A stretch of DNA of 64,000 nucleotides from a virus (IMGVR_UViG_3300037483_000425:1-64000), one strand, 5' to 3'; shown: positions 9,428 to 18,575, numbered from the stretch's first letter. Notes: generated by a model from the sequence alone, not told the origin. Numbers and translations are program-made.

Positions 9428-9826
9428 CTATAAGTATGTGATTGCAATCATAGATCCTGGATTAATAAGATCCTGTTCTATGCCCATTTTGATTATATCT
9501 TTATTTTTTAGTATTAATTCCAAAATCTTGGTGTTTCCAACAAATATAGACGCATTATCAAAAGATGCCATATTTTTTGCAAAATCAATTACGTCACTTG
9601 TCTTAACCAAAACCCTGAATTGGTACTCAAAATCATTCAAATCTCCTAAAGAGCGAATATTATATCTTTCGCATATGCCTGTAATTGTTGTTTCATTGCA
9701 CGAAAAACAAATTGTAATAAGAGGTTCCTTTTCAGGATCCTCTTTCTCTGTTTTTTGATCAAAAAATTGAGATTCATCAATAGAGTCGGCAATTTCTTTA
9801 CTTACAAATAATCCATTATCTTCCAT
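9428..9826 (-). CDS. Hypothetical protein
   Basis: 132-aa ORF with extended -10-like element upstream. Confidence 0.7.
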   Translation of the reverse strand: MEDNGLFVSKEIADSIDESQFFDQKTEKEDPEKEPLITICFSCNETTITGICERYNIRSLGDLNDFEYQFRVLVKTSDVIDFAKNMASFDNASIFVGNTKILELILKNKDIIKMGIEQDLINPGSMIAITYL

Positions 9827-9833
9827 GACTTGG

Positions 9834-9842
9834 ATTATATCA
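9834..9842 (-). promoter_or_regulatory. Extended -10-like promoter element TGATATAAT
   Basis: TG-N-TATAAT 7 nt upstream of ATG 9826; similar elements upstream of 12244, 12969 and 32918. Confidence 0.4.
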
Positions 9843-9844
9843 TA

Positions 9845-10207
9845 TTATTCTTCGTCAACTCGTGGTTGCATTCTTTCTTCATCAACCCTGTCAATCGCTT
9901 TGTCAATTAGGTTTCTCAATCTTGCATAAAACCATTCTGTTTCTGATTCTGGAACCATTTCAGATAACTGCCTCATGGCCATTCCTAGTTCATGAGGATT
10001 CCCAGGAACCCATTCTGGATCATTGATTGGCAATTCTTCATCCGAAACCTGAGTTTCGGACTTGGGGCTTATAATCGCTGGTTCCATCTCAATCGTCGGC
10101 TCATTAACAACAGCAGGACGACTATCTTCAGATTTCCACTCTTTTAGTTTCTTGTCTGATAATCCATCAATAATAGCCTCAAGATATTTTTTCTTAATTT
10201 TAATCAT
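9845..10207 (-). CDS. Hypothetical protein
   Basis: 120-aa ORF, overlapping start/stop. Confidence 0.7.
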   Translation of the reverse strand: MIKIKKKYLEAIIDGLSDKKLKEWKSEDSRPAVVNEPTIEMEPAIISPKSETQVSDEELPINDPEWVPGNPHELGMAMRQLSEMVPESETEWFYARLRNLIDKAIDRVDEERMQPRVDEE

Positions 10208-10548
10208 TGTTCTTCTTTATTCGCAAATAATTCTTGTTGACCATGAAGTTGCTCCTGAACTCTTGTCCAACGACGTCCAAAATATAATCCTATAAGGGGT
10301 ATCAGAACTGTTGTAGCGAATCCCATGTCAAATGATCTAAATGCAACTGCATAAGTCGCAATGCTTAGTGTTTCTATGGCGCCCAGTCCCGCAAGCATAA
10401 GAGAGAAAAAAAAGGCAATAAGCATTAAAGTTAGTGCAGCATCTTTTCCTCCTTTGCTATTTTTTATCATCCACCAATTGTCTTTCATTATTAATGCTCC
10501 GAAACCGCCATAAAACAGCAGCTTTGTCTTCATAATAATTATGTTCAA
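10204..10548 (-). CDS. Small membrane protein (holin-like, tentative)
   Basis: Two to three hydrophobic helices, charged C-terminus. Confidence 0.5.
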   Translation of the reverse strand: MNIIIMKTKLLFYGGFGALIMKDNWWMIKNSKGGKDAALTLMLIAFFFSLMLAGLGAIETLSIATYAVAFRSFDMGFATTVLIPLIGLYFGRRWTRVQEQLHGQQELFANKEEQ

Positions 10549-10835
10549 GAATCACTAATGACAAAATCAATTCGAAACATTGTCCACTCATTGATTGGAG
10601 AATGACGAACCTTAATAATTAAGGATTCGGTTTCTGTTGATGCATTTTCAATAGACCAATCAAAATCGTAATCCTCTTGTATGCAAATCAGCTCTCCTTT
10701 AAGAAAGTCGCATGCCTCATTTGTAGTCATTAATGCAAGCAAAGACTGAACTTCATTCAGCATTTGACGTACAGCTTTGACTTGTTTTGGTGAACAATCA
10801 ATGTTTTCTAAATAAACAATATCATCTAATTTCAT
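10545..10835 (-). CDS. Hypothetical protein
   Basis: 96-aa ORF. Confidence 0.65.
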   Translation of the reverse strand: MKLDDIVYLENIDCSPKQVKAVRQMLNEVQSLLALMTTNEACDFLKGELICIQEDYDFDWSIENASTETESLIIKVRHSPINEWTMFRIDFVISDS

Positions 10836-11275
10836 ATGTTCCTGTTATATTCATAAATCGCCATTGACGCCGCAATTGCAACATTGTGACTATGAGGCAT
10901 TCCATCAACTGGAATTTCGACAATGTGATCAGATATATCCAATATGTCTTCGCTTATTCCTTTTCTTTCGTTTCCGAGAACAAGCACTGATTTTTTAGGC
11001 CATTTAAATGTATAAATCTCTTTAGAATTTTTGGCCTGCTCTAAAGAGATAATTGAATATCCTAATTTTTTCAAATCCTTGAGCGGATGTAATAAAGATC
11101 TGTGAAATTCAACAGGGATATTATAATCCCTAGCAATGTCTTTTACTAATTTGTTATTTCCTGTAAGGATCAACAATTCTAAACCAAAACACGAAGAAAC
11201 TCGTGCTATTGTTGAAATATTGACGTTACTCTTCATTGGCGAACAAGCGATAATCATCCTACAATATGTCTCCAC
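10832..11275 (-). CDS. SpoU/TrmH-family (SPOUT) RNA 2'-O-methyltransferase
   Basis: NISTIARVSSCFG, VLVLGNERKGIS, VEIP..G..SHNVAIAASMAIYE motifs. Confidence 0.9.
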   Translation of the reverse strand: METYCRMIIACSPMKSNVNISTIARVSSCFGLELLILTGNNKLVKDIARDYNIPVEFHRSLLHPLKDLKKLGYSIISLEQAKNSKEIYTFKWPKKSVLVLGNERKGISEDILDISDHIVEIPVDGMPHSHNVAIAASMAIYEYNRNI

Positions 11276-11601
11276 AAAGTTCGTAATTTGTTCTTTTTTG
11301 GTTTTTCTTCTTCTTTTGGATTACAAAGATTGCAATATGGAAGATTGCACTTATCTTCTTTGGAAGGAAAATTGTGCAAACCTAAATGGCTTGGATCTTC
11401 ATCGAAAAATCCAACAACCCACCATTTTTCTCCACCATAGAACTCTACCATAAGAATTTTGTTTGAAATCGAAAAGCAATGAAAACTATGAAATTTATCA
11501 TGTTTCCACTTCGTAATCCAATCAATTTCTAACAACTCTTCAAGAGTTTCAAATTCAGATACTCGTTGGTTATGGCCTCCAATATATTGCGTAATTTTCA
11601 T
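11254..11601 (-). CDS. Hypothetical protein
   Basis: Likely start MKITQY at 11601 coupled to upstream TAA; C-terminal CxxxxCxxC. Confidence 0.6.
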   Translation of the reverse strand: MKITQYIGGHNQRVSEFETLEELLEIDWITKWKHDKFHSFHCFSISNKILMVEFYGGEKWWVVGFFDEDPSHLGLHNFPSKEDKCNLPYCNLCNPKEEEKPKKNKLRTLWRHIVG

Positions 11602-12125
11602 TACGTCCCATCCACAACAACAACAGAAGGCTGTTGTCTTACTTCCCGAACAATAAAAGCACCTGCAATTGAAAGGGCGATTCCTCCAGCAATTCCCCCA
11701 AGCAACCACCACACAATTCTTTTTTCTTTTTTGGCCATTTTTGTGCTTTCAGCTTCCAGAAACTTAATATGATCATTTTTTAATGCAATTCGTTCTTCTG
11801 AACTTTGCTTGAGTGCATCATGTGACGCTTGAAGGTTGTCCAACTTCAGCTGAAACTGCGCCTTTTCCTTTTCAACAGCTTTTTCTGTCTCGATCATGCA
11901 TTGCTCATCAGCATGCTCAATATCTACTAAAATCTTTGCTGCTGCGTCAGGATTGAAAAGCGTTCCATCAAATGGAGCCTTATCCCCTTTTTTCATAGGA
12001 GAGATTTTTGGATCGAATTGGGCTGCACCCATTGACACATGCTCTGGCGGAGAAGCATGCGCCGGAAATGAAACCAAAAAGAATGAAATTAACGTAACAA
12101 ACGAAATTATTTGCCTTATAACCAT
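11601..12125 (-). CDS. Exported coiled-coil protein with C-terminal TM (spanin-like, tentative)
   Basis: Signal peptide ending AHA, KGDKAPFDGTL motif, coiled coil, C-terminal hydrophobic helix; no lipobox Cys. Confidence 0.5.
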   Translation of the reverse strand: MVIRQIISFVTLISFFLVSFPAHASPPEHVSMGAAQFDPKISPMKKGDKAPFDGTLFNPDAAAKILVDIEHADEQCMIETEKAVEKEKAQFQLKLDNLQASHDALKQSSEERIALKNDHIKFLEAESTKMAKKEKRIVWWLLGGIAGGIALSIAGAFIVREVRQQPSVVVVDGT

Positions 12126-12244
12126 CCGCGTCTCTTCTTTCTTGCAGAATTTCTAACTTTAAAGAATCTCTTCCTCTTCTTCATAAGCCTTTCAGCCTCT
12201 TGAGGATCTACATTCTCTATTGTCAATAATTTTACTTTACTCAT
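12116..12244 (-). CDS. Small basic protein (42 aa, not in ORF track)
   Basis: MSKVKLLTIENVDPQEAERLMKKRKRFFKVRNSARKKRRGWL*; fills the intergenic gap. Confidence 0.5.
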   Translation of the reverse strand: MSKVKLLTIENVDPQEAERLMKKRKRFFKVRNSARKKRRGWL

Positions 12245-12262
12245 AATAGATTTTATCACATA

Positions 12263-12652
12263 TTAGTCAGGAATAACAACTTCAAATCCTGTAACCTCAG
12301 CAATTTTTGCTGTAATTTCATCAGGATCGCTATCTTTCAATATTTTCTCAATTTCTTTCTTCTTTTTCTTGTCTAATTCTTTCTGCTCGGCTTCATATCT
12401 TTCTTCGATAATCTCCATAGCTAAATGGAATTTATTTAATGCTCTTTCTCTATTTTTTATTTCGTCTTCGTGAGCATCTTCTAAAATATCAACCTCTTTT
12501 TGGTGCATCTCTTGCCTCTTTTTAAGAATCTCCAAAAGAGACTTAGAAACGCCAGGAGAGATAACTAAAAAAACAATTATTCCAAGAATAATCATTGGCA
12601 CATACCAATAAGCCCTAATCCAAGCCCAAATTTTTCTAATTGCTAAAATCAT
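12263..12652 (-). CDS. N-terminal TM plus coiled-coil protein (i-spanin-like, tentative)
   Basis: Hydrophobic N-terminal helix followed by charged coiled coil. Confidence 0.5.
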   Translation of the reverse strand: MILAIRKIWAWIRAYWYVPMIILGIIVFLVISPGVSKSLLEILKKRQEMHQKEVDILEDAHEDEIKNRERALNKFHLAMEIIEERYEAEQKELDKKKKKEIEKILKDSDPDEITAKIAEVTGFEVVIPD

Positions 12653-12969
12653 TATTCTTCTCCAAATGGATTCTCTCGGCTTAATGCCTCAAAAATGTCT
12701 TCTTCATCAGACTTCGATGCCTTCATTATTTTTTTGTTCTCTTTGTCAATTTTGTATTTATTTAAGATCTTGATAAGATAAGGATCTTCAGCAATTATTG
12801 CATTAGCTAAGAATTCAAAAATTTCCTGTAAAGATAAGTCCATTCGATATGCAATGGCTCTCAGGTCATTTTTTGTTCTCGTAAATAGTTTTACATGAAG
12901 ATGTTTTCTCAAATCAAAATCATGATTTCTTCTTAAGTCTGGATCCTTCAGATATTTCGCCTTAACCAT
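12652..12969 (-). CDS. Probable ribbon-helix-helix DNA-binding protein
   Basis: KHLHVKLFTRTKNDLRAIAYRMDLSLQEIFEFLANAII strand-helix-helix pattern. Confidence 0.5.
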   Translation of the reverse strand: MVKAKYLKDPDLRRNHDFDLRKHLHVKLFTRTKNDLRAIAYRMDLSLQEIFEFLANAIIAEDPYLIKILNKYKIDKENKKIMKASKSDEEDIFEALSRENPFGEE

Positions 12970-12981
12970 GACTCTATTATA

Positions 12982-13518
12982 TCATGCAATTGGTCCAGCG
13001 GATCCGCCAGGCGGAGGCATTGGAAGCTCTCTTTCTTCTTCCTCTCCGTCTTCACCATAGGCTATGCCGAATTGTCTGTCAAGAATGTCTTCAAATTCCT
13101 CAATTACTTCTAATGGGTAACCATTTTTTAATAAGTTTATTGCGCGTTGAATTATGACAGGTCTTATGTTTAATAGATTTTCAAAATTCTCATGCAAATT
13201 AGCAACTTTTTCTGCAAATATATCAATATTGATTTTTTGCTCACGAGGATCGGCAGGCTGATCCGCTTTCATTTGATCATCACCAACCGTCATATCTCCC
13301 GGGTCTTCCCCTTCAGGATCTTCTTCAAGCAACAACGCAAAATGCTCATCCAATAAAGCTGTTTCTCCTAAATCATCTTCCATAGACGCATCTTGCTGAT
13401 AACGCAGGAAAAGAGAATCTAGTTGACTATCCACACTATTCGGAGAAAGTCTCATTGTTTCTTCTTTTAGAACCTCTAACATAAAAGATTCTAAAAATTT
13501 ATCTACATTTATAGCCAT
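12982..13518 (-). CDS. Acidic hypothetical protein
   Basis: 178-aa ORF; N-terminal KFLESFMLEVLKEE. Confidence 0.7.
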   Translation of the reverse strand: MAINVDKFLESFMLEVLKEETMRLSPNSVDSQLDSLFLRYQQDASMEDDLGETALLDEHFALLLEEDPEGEDPGDMTVGDDQMKADQPADPREQKINIDIFAEKVANLHENFENLLNIRPVIIQRAINLLKNGYPLEVIEEFEDILDRQFGIAYGEDGEEEERELPMPPPGGSAGPIA

Positions 13519-14204
13519 CCTTGCCCTTCTCCACTTATTGCTTGATTTATTAAGTCAGCTCTTTTGAAACGATGCTCAATAACATTCCAATTTAACTCTT
13601 TCATCATAGCAACAATATAGTCTTTTTTGTTATTTAGATAGTCTCGTCTTGCGTGCTCCCACATATCCAAAACGATTACAGGATATGCTCCAACAGGAAC
13701 ATGGCAATCATGCCCATCCACAATAAAGTTGATGTAACGCTTTAGATAGGTGCTAAAAGCCGTGACAACCCATCCTCCATTCTTCGCACTCATCCCGCAA
13801 GCAATAAAATCACGTTGCCAATCATTAAATGTGCCAAAATCTCGATTTAAGCGCATATGAGCAAAACTATCCATTCCAATTTCAGAATAGGGATCGCTTA
13901 TGTTTGAAAAATATAGCTCATGCAAATAAACCGCATTTATCATATATTGTTCATTAATTTTGACATTTCTATATTGACTATTTATATTTGCAGACATTCT
14001 ATCTGCAATATCCATTTCAGCACTTAATGCATTGAAATTTTCCACATAACCATTATAAAGCTCTTTATGCGCTTCTTTGGTTTTAGTAAGAATCATCTCT
14101 GTATTCAAATCATAAATTTTAGGCTGAGCAACATAAGCTTCATTTAAATTTTCGTCCAAGCCTAAACTGTCTCTAATAATTTTTTTAACTTCACCTTTGT
14201 TCAT
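13509..14204 (-). CDS. Fe/Mn superoxide dismutase-family protein with N-terminal extension
   Basis: Ligand motifs EAHKELY, LHELYF, DMWEHA; DFGTFNDW and GGWV segments. Confidence 0.85.
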   Translation of the reverse strand: MNKGEVKKIIRDSLGLDENLNEAYVAQPKIYDLNTEMILTKTKEAHKELYNGYVENFNALSAEMDIADRMSANINSQYRNVKINEQYMINAVYLHELYFSNISDPYSEIGMDSFAHMRLNRDFGTFNDWQRDFIACGMSAKNGGWVVTAFSTYLKRYINFIVDGHDCHVPVGAYPVIVLDMWEHARRDYLNNKKDYIVAMMKELNWNVIEHRFKRADLINQAISGEGQGWL

Positions 14205-14207
14205 AAT

Positions 14208-14579
14208 TTATCCCAATTTATATTCGTCCATTAGCTCTTGATAACTAACCTTAAAAAGATAGTTTTCTGGGCTCGATATGTCCATTATTTGATTTTCTAC
14301 ATCATTGACTGCAACATAATAATCTAATCCAGAATCTTTGTGAGCTAAACGAATTCCAGATCCCAAAGTTTGAATAATATCCAAAGTCAGGTTTTCTGGC
14401 TTTTTCTTTTTGGTTGGTTCCCGAGATTCTGGATCCGGTTCTTCTTCTTCTCCACCATCTTCTTCTTGTGGCTCTTCCAATTCAATTCCTTGCTTTTCAC
14501 AAAAATCTTTCAATTTTCGTTCGAACTCTTTGCGAACAAGAGTCACCACATCTCTATCTGTGATAACAGGATTGACCAT
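14208..14579 (-). CDS. Hypothetical protein
   Basis: 123 aa; TACTTAT at 14601-14607 upstream. Confidence 0.7.
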   Translation of the reverse strand: MVNPVITDRDVVTLVRKEFERKLKDFCEKQGIELEEPQEEDGGEEEEPDPESREPTKKKKPENLTLDIIQTLGSGIRLAHKDSGLDYYVAVNDVENQIMDISSPENYLFKVSYQELMDEYKLG

Positions 14580-14667
14580 ATAAAACCTCTTCTATATATC
14601 ATAAGTATTCATTTGAAAAATAAACAATGTCTATGGATTGCGCGATTGAAGACAATACTTATTCATT

Positions 14668-15291
14668 GTGGGATTAAGGGTAAAATATCTTCAATTTATT
14701 GAAAATTGTGTTGAAAAAGCGAATTTAGATGGAGACAACCTAACAATAGTTGAACTTGGAAATCAACATATGCGTAATTCTGATAATATGTTATCTTTTT
14801 ACAAAGAAAAAGGCATAAAAAAACCAAAAAGAACTGGCAAGGAATACTTCCAAGCCTGCGGATATGACCACACATCAATTGACTTAAATGGAAGTGACAA
14901 AGCTTTGCGAGAAGACCTCTCCAAAGAGATTAAGAATAAAAAACTATTAAATAATTTCGATGTTCTTACAAATTGCGGAACATCAGAACATGTCAAAAAT
15001 CAATATGAATGCTTTAAGAATTGCCATAATTTATGTAATGAAAATTCTGTCATGATTCATATTGTGCCACAACTCGGTAGCTGGAAGAAACATGGCGATT
15101 TCTTTTATAGAAATCAATTTTTTGAAATACTAGCAAAATATTGCCATTATGAAATTATTGACAATACAGTTATTGGCAAACCTCCAACTGCACTTGTAAG
15201 CGTTGGCCTTAAAAAAACAAAAAACGCAGAATTTGTAAGCAAAGAAAAATTTCAAGAACTTTTTACAAAAAACGAATCAAAGTCCAGCTAA
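14668..15291 (+). CDS. Class I SAM-dependent methyltransferase-like protein
   Basis: IVELGNQ, SIDLNG, FDVLTNCGTSEHV, MIHIVP motifs. Confidence 0.7.
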   Translation: MGLRVKYLQFIENCVEKANLDGDNLTIVELGNQHMRNSDNMLSFYKEKGIKKPKRTGKEYFQACGYDHTSIDLNGSDKALREDLSKEIKNKKLLNNFDVLTNCGTSEHVKNQYECFKNCHNLCNENSVMIHIVPQLGSWKKHGDFFYRNQFFEILAKYCHYEIIDNTVIGKPPTALVSVGLKKTKNAEFVSKEKFQELFTKNESKSS

Positions 15292-15501
15292 TTTTGCCCA
15301 ACGACTGCGACTGAGTTCTTTTTCTTTTTCATCGAACGTCATGTTGGCCAGCAGATCAAACGAATCTCGGTTTGTGGTTTGATATTTCGACATTCCACCA
15401 TTTACTTTCTTTGCAGCCAGTTTTTTTATGCTATCTTCTAGCATTTTAGTCCTCATTTCTATGCAAATGTTATCTAAATTCATATAAGCATTATATCGCA
15501 T
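15277..15501 (-). CDS. Small hypothetical protein ending RWAKLAGL
   Basis: Start coupled to the DHH gene stop; track ORF is over-extended upstream. Confidence 0.55.
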   Translation of the reverse strand: MRYNAYMNLDNICIEMRTKMLEDSIKKLAAKKVNGGMSKYQTTNRDSFDLLANMTFDEKEKELSRSRWAKLAGL

Positions 15502-16426
15502 TTTCTTCAAATGGTATCGGGATAAATATGCTACGAGGATTTTGAAGCGTTTCAAAGCCAGCGGCATTCTTATGACCGCCTCCGCCAAATAGTTTAGCAA
15601 TAGCTGAAACATCAGTTTCCCCTTCAGATCGAAGAGAAACAATAGACTTTCCTGAATCTATAAACATAGACCACGCAATAGCAATATCAAACCCATGGAT
15701 ATTTGTTCTTAACAAATGGTGGCATAAATCTGACACGATAACAGGAGAAGAGTCATTAACTGACATAGCATTGTATTCGGATCCATCTGGGGCCAGAATA
15801 CGAACAGGAACAGCCTTCTTCGCCGCAATCTCAACCAACTTTTTCTTAAATCTAAGAATTGCTCTCCCTTCTCCCATAAAAGCTTGAAGCTGACTCTCAG
15901 AACCATCCAAGTCATTAATCCAGTCCAAATTTTCAAAAGACAGTTCCCAACTATCCATAGATGCGAGAAATTCTTTAGAATTATGGACATTCCATTTCCA
16001 AATATCCCGATCTTCGATGCACCTAATCATAAAAGGGGCTTCGTATCCTGGGTTCATGAAATCCCAAGCCATCCGCGCTCCAGAACGACCCATATCAAAG
16101 ACGTAATCACAATCAATTTTACCATCCAGATTTTCAACCGCAGTTTTATGATGATCTAAAATGAGCATCTTATTTGCTCTTCTGTTCAATTCATTGATAA
16201 AATTTGGGTCCTTGTAGGCGAAATCAACCATCAGAACATTTTTTCCATCTACTTCTGGTAACTTTTCTGAGCCATAGCTGGCAAAAAAGAACTTACAGTT
16301 GGGATTGTCCCTCCACACACACCAAGCTGCTCCCCATCCATCTGGACAATTAGAATGAGCGATCACATAATTTATTTCGTGAGGTTGCATGTCGCGCACC
16401 ATATCATAGTCATTAATCAATGTCAA
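15491..16426 (-). CDS. DHH/DHHA1-family phosphoesterase
   Basis: HSNCPDG, VDFAY, LDHHKT, FGGGGHKNAAGF. Confidence 0.9.
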   Translation of the reverse strand: MTLINDYDMVRDMQPHEINYVIAHSNCPDGWGAAWCVWRDNPNCKFFFASYGSEKLPEVDGKNVLMVDFAYKDPNFINELNRRANKMLILDHHKTAVENLDGKIDCDYVFDMGRSGARMAWDFMNPGYEAPFMIRCIEDRDIWKWNVHNSKEFLASMDSWELSFENLDWINDLDGSESQLQAFMGEGRAILRFKKKLVEIAAKKAVPVRILAPDGSEYNAMSVNDSSPVIVSDLCHHLLRTNIHGFDIAIAWSMFIDSGKSIVSLRSEGETDVSAIAKLFGGGGHKNAAGFETLQNPRSIFIPIPFEENAI

Positions 16427-16431
16427 CCGAA

Positions 16432-16438
16432 TATTTAT
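16432..16438 (+). promoter_or_regulatory. Putative late-promoter motif TATTTAT
   Basis: 4 nt upstream of the GTG start of a leader-bearing ORF. Confidence 0.5.
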
Positions 16439-16442
16439 AATC

Positions 16443-16619
16443 GTGGAAGACCAACTAAGACAATTTGTTAGGTCAATAATTCAAGAAAAAGGACCAATTG
16501 TTTCTAGAGAATATAAAGCCTACAAGGGGTCTAAGAAGGCTGGCGCAGACGATCCTGAAGCGATGGCTGCGGCTGCCACAATTGCAATTAAAGGGAAGCC
16601 TGCCAGCAAAGACGAATAA
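16443..16619 (+). CDS. 58-aa protein with leader motif (not in ORF track)
   Basis: GTG start, MEDQLRQFVRSIIQEKG...; stop overlaps next ATG (TAATG). Confidence 0.65.
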   Translation: MEDQLRQFVRSIIQEKGPIVSREYKAYKGSKKAGADDPEAMAAAATIAIKGKPASKDE

Positions 16620-17044
16620 TGTTATTACGTGAATACATACGCTCCGTTTTGCTTGAAAGGCGAGAATATGACATTTCCACAGAAGGAACGAGCTATTCTG
16701 AGAATCAAATAAAGAAATTTATCAAATTCGCAGCCAATGAACTCAAATTAAAAGAAGTTCCAAAAATTGAGATTGTTCAACGCATCCCGAAAGGCACAAC
16801 AGGAGCATATCACTTTGGCGGAGAATCAAAAAAGATCCAGGTTCGTGGCAATGGACGAAAACTCGTTGATATTTTGAGAAGCTTGGCGCACGAACTTGTT
16901 CACCACAAACAAAAAGAACAAAAAAGACTTCGCAAGATAAGTAAATCCGGCATTGGCGGAAAGATTGAAGACGAAGCAAATGCCAAAGCTGGACAACTTA
17001 TCAAAAAATATGGAAAAACGTATAAGCGACTATATAGCGCCTAA
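16619..17044 (+). CDS. Zincin-like metallopeptidase with leader motif
   Basis: LAHELVHHKQ (HExxH) and downstream EDEAN; N-terminus MLLREYIRSVLLE. Confidence 0.8.
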   Translation: MLLREYIRSVLLERREYDISTEGTSYSENQIKKFIKFAANELKLKEVPKIEIVQRIPKGTTGAYHFGGESKKIQVRGNGRKLVDILRSLAHELVHHKQKEQKRLRKISKSGIGGKIEDEANAKAGQLIKKYGKTYKRLYSA

Positions 17045-17138
17045 TATTATCCATATTTTTGTAGAATCCAATGATTCCAAATAGTGTCTTTATAAGAAAC
17101 TTTGTGACTTATAGACCCCGTTCCCTGGATAAATTCAT

Positions 17139-17273
17139 CTATTCCAAAGATTTCAAGTCAGAAACTCTTTCTTGTAAATCTTTTATTCTCTTTACTAACT
17201 CTAAAACTGGATCATGGAATACGATACCATTAGATTTCTCTCTTGGTCGATCATTGAAAGGCTTAATGGTCAT
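17139..17273 (-). CDS. Small hypothetical coiled-coil peptide
   Basis: MTIKPF... start overlapping the MTase stop. Confidence 0.4.
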   Translation of the reverse strand: MTIKPFNDRPREKSNGIVFHDPVLELVKRIKDLQERVSDLKSLE

Positions 17274-17757
17274 TATCTCTCCCCATTGTGAAAAACTCTG
17301 GCTTAGAATGCGCTCCATCAAACACAACAACCATTGAAGGAAAAGGAGCAGGAGCTTCTCCCTCAATCATCTTATTCTTGAATTTCAATCTTCCTTTCAC
17401 GAAATGAACCTCTTTGGCTCGCATGCAAAACTTATGAAAAAATTGAGTATCCGTTCTTGACGGGATTAATACCACAACAATTGTGTTTTCTTTACACCCT
17501 TCATCAAATGCTTTCTCAACCCATTTTCCAATTTTGCGTCCATAAGGCGGGTTCAAGAAAACAATATTGTTGCTCCAATCTTTATTTAATGCATCATCTT
17601 CTATTGAAAAGAAGTTATCACATTTTGCATTATCTTTTGTCGCTGCCGCATCAAGAGTAAACTGAAATCGATCATTCAATGAATTAAAAAATAAGTCGCC
17701 TGTTTCCCATTCATTGCTTTTGGATGAGAACATTGTCGCTTGTGTTGCTTTGTCCAT
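17263..17757 (-). CDS. DNA N6-adenine methyltransferase (phage Dam-like family)
   Basis: SNEWETG, FTLDAAAT, VFLNPPYG, LIPSRTDT, KGRLKF motifs. Confidence 0.9.
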   Translation of the reverse strand: MDKATQATMFSSKSNEWETGDLFFNSLNDRFQFTLDAAATKDNAKCDNFFSIEDDALNKDWSNNIVFLNPPYGRKIGKWVEKAFDEGCKENTIVVVLIPSRTDTQFFHKFCMRAKEVHFVKGRLKFKNKMIEGEAPAPFPSMVVVFDGAHSKPEFFTMGRDNDH

Positions 17758-17760
17758 TCT

Positions 17761-18558
17761 CTAGCCTGTATTCAATATGCTATCAGACTCAATCTTAAGT
17801 TTGCTTCTTTCTTTTGTCTCCACTCTACGAGTAACTTTAGTAAAAGGTCCATTTAGATGGCGCACAGCCTGATAAGCATAAAATTGGGCACCATCCTGCC
17901 TTCTAAGATGCGCCACCTTTGTTATCTCGTCTTCTCTTCCTGGCACCAAATCATTGTACTTTGTAATCAAAGTTGTCCTTTCACTTCGAACCCCTTTAAT
18001 ACCAAGAGGGTTTGGGAAAACAAACATTGGCCTTTGTCTGTCCATCCCATCACCATAAGACCCAAGATCAATCTTTTTTTCACGAATACCTGTTGCCTCA
18101 AGATACAAATCAAAATCAGCATTAATGAAATCGCCATCAACCATCATCATTGAGCCAATTTCATAAAACTCTTTATCAACCAAAATCAATTGAGCAAACA
18201 AATAATAACAAGGAATTGTGCGATCTTCTCCAGATACTTCGACAACAACTTGCCCACAAGGCGGCGTGCTATTGAAGTTTATATCCCCAGATTTCGACTT
18301 GGAAGTTTTTACCTCCAATCCAAACAATCCATGAACGGAATCATTAACTCCAAAATGAAAGAATGCAAGATCAGGACAAACATGCGGTGGTGCTACAACA
18401 TGAAAAACATCAACAAAAACATTGTCATGCAAATATTCAACAAATGGATCCGAAACTACAGAAGATTTCGCAGGAAGCTTAAATCTCTTTTTTGAACCGT
18501 CTTCTGTAAAAAAATGAGAACAAATACTATAAAAAACATTTGGAATGTGCGCTGACAT
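17761..18558 (-). CDS. PD-(D/E)xK restriction-endonuclease-like protein
   Basis: CPDLAF...GLEVKTSK...NFNSTPP; lies directly upstream of the MTase. Confidence 0.6.
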   Translation of the reverse strand: MSAHIPNVFYSICSHFFTEDGSKKRFKLPAKSSVVSDPFVEYLHDNVFVDVFHVVAPPHVCPDLAFFHFGVNDSVHGLFGLEVKTSKSKSGDINFNSTPPCGQVVVEVSGEDRTIPCYYLFAQLILVDKEFYEIGSMMMVDGDFINADFDLYLEATGIREKKIDLGSYGDGMDRQRPMFVFPNPLGIKGVRSERTTLITKYNDLVPGREDEITKVAHLRRQDGAQFYAYQAVRHLNGPFTKVTRRVETKERSKLKIESDSILNTG

Positions 18559-18575
18559 GAACCTCCATTAACGGG

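Noticed and set aside
8818-9758. + strand ORFs 8818-9123, 8849-9097 and 8928-9758 (Ser/Pro/Phe-rich)
   Set aside because: Shadow frames of acidic low-complexity minus-strand genes.
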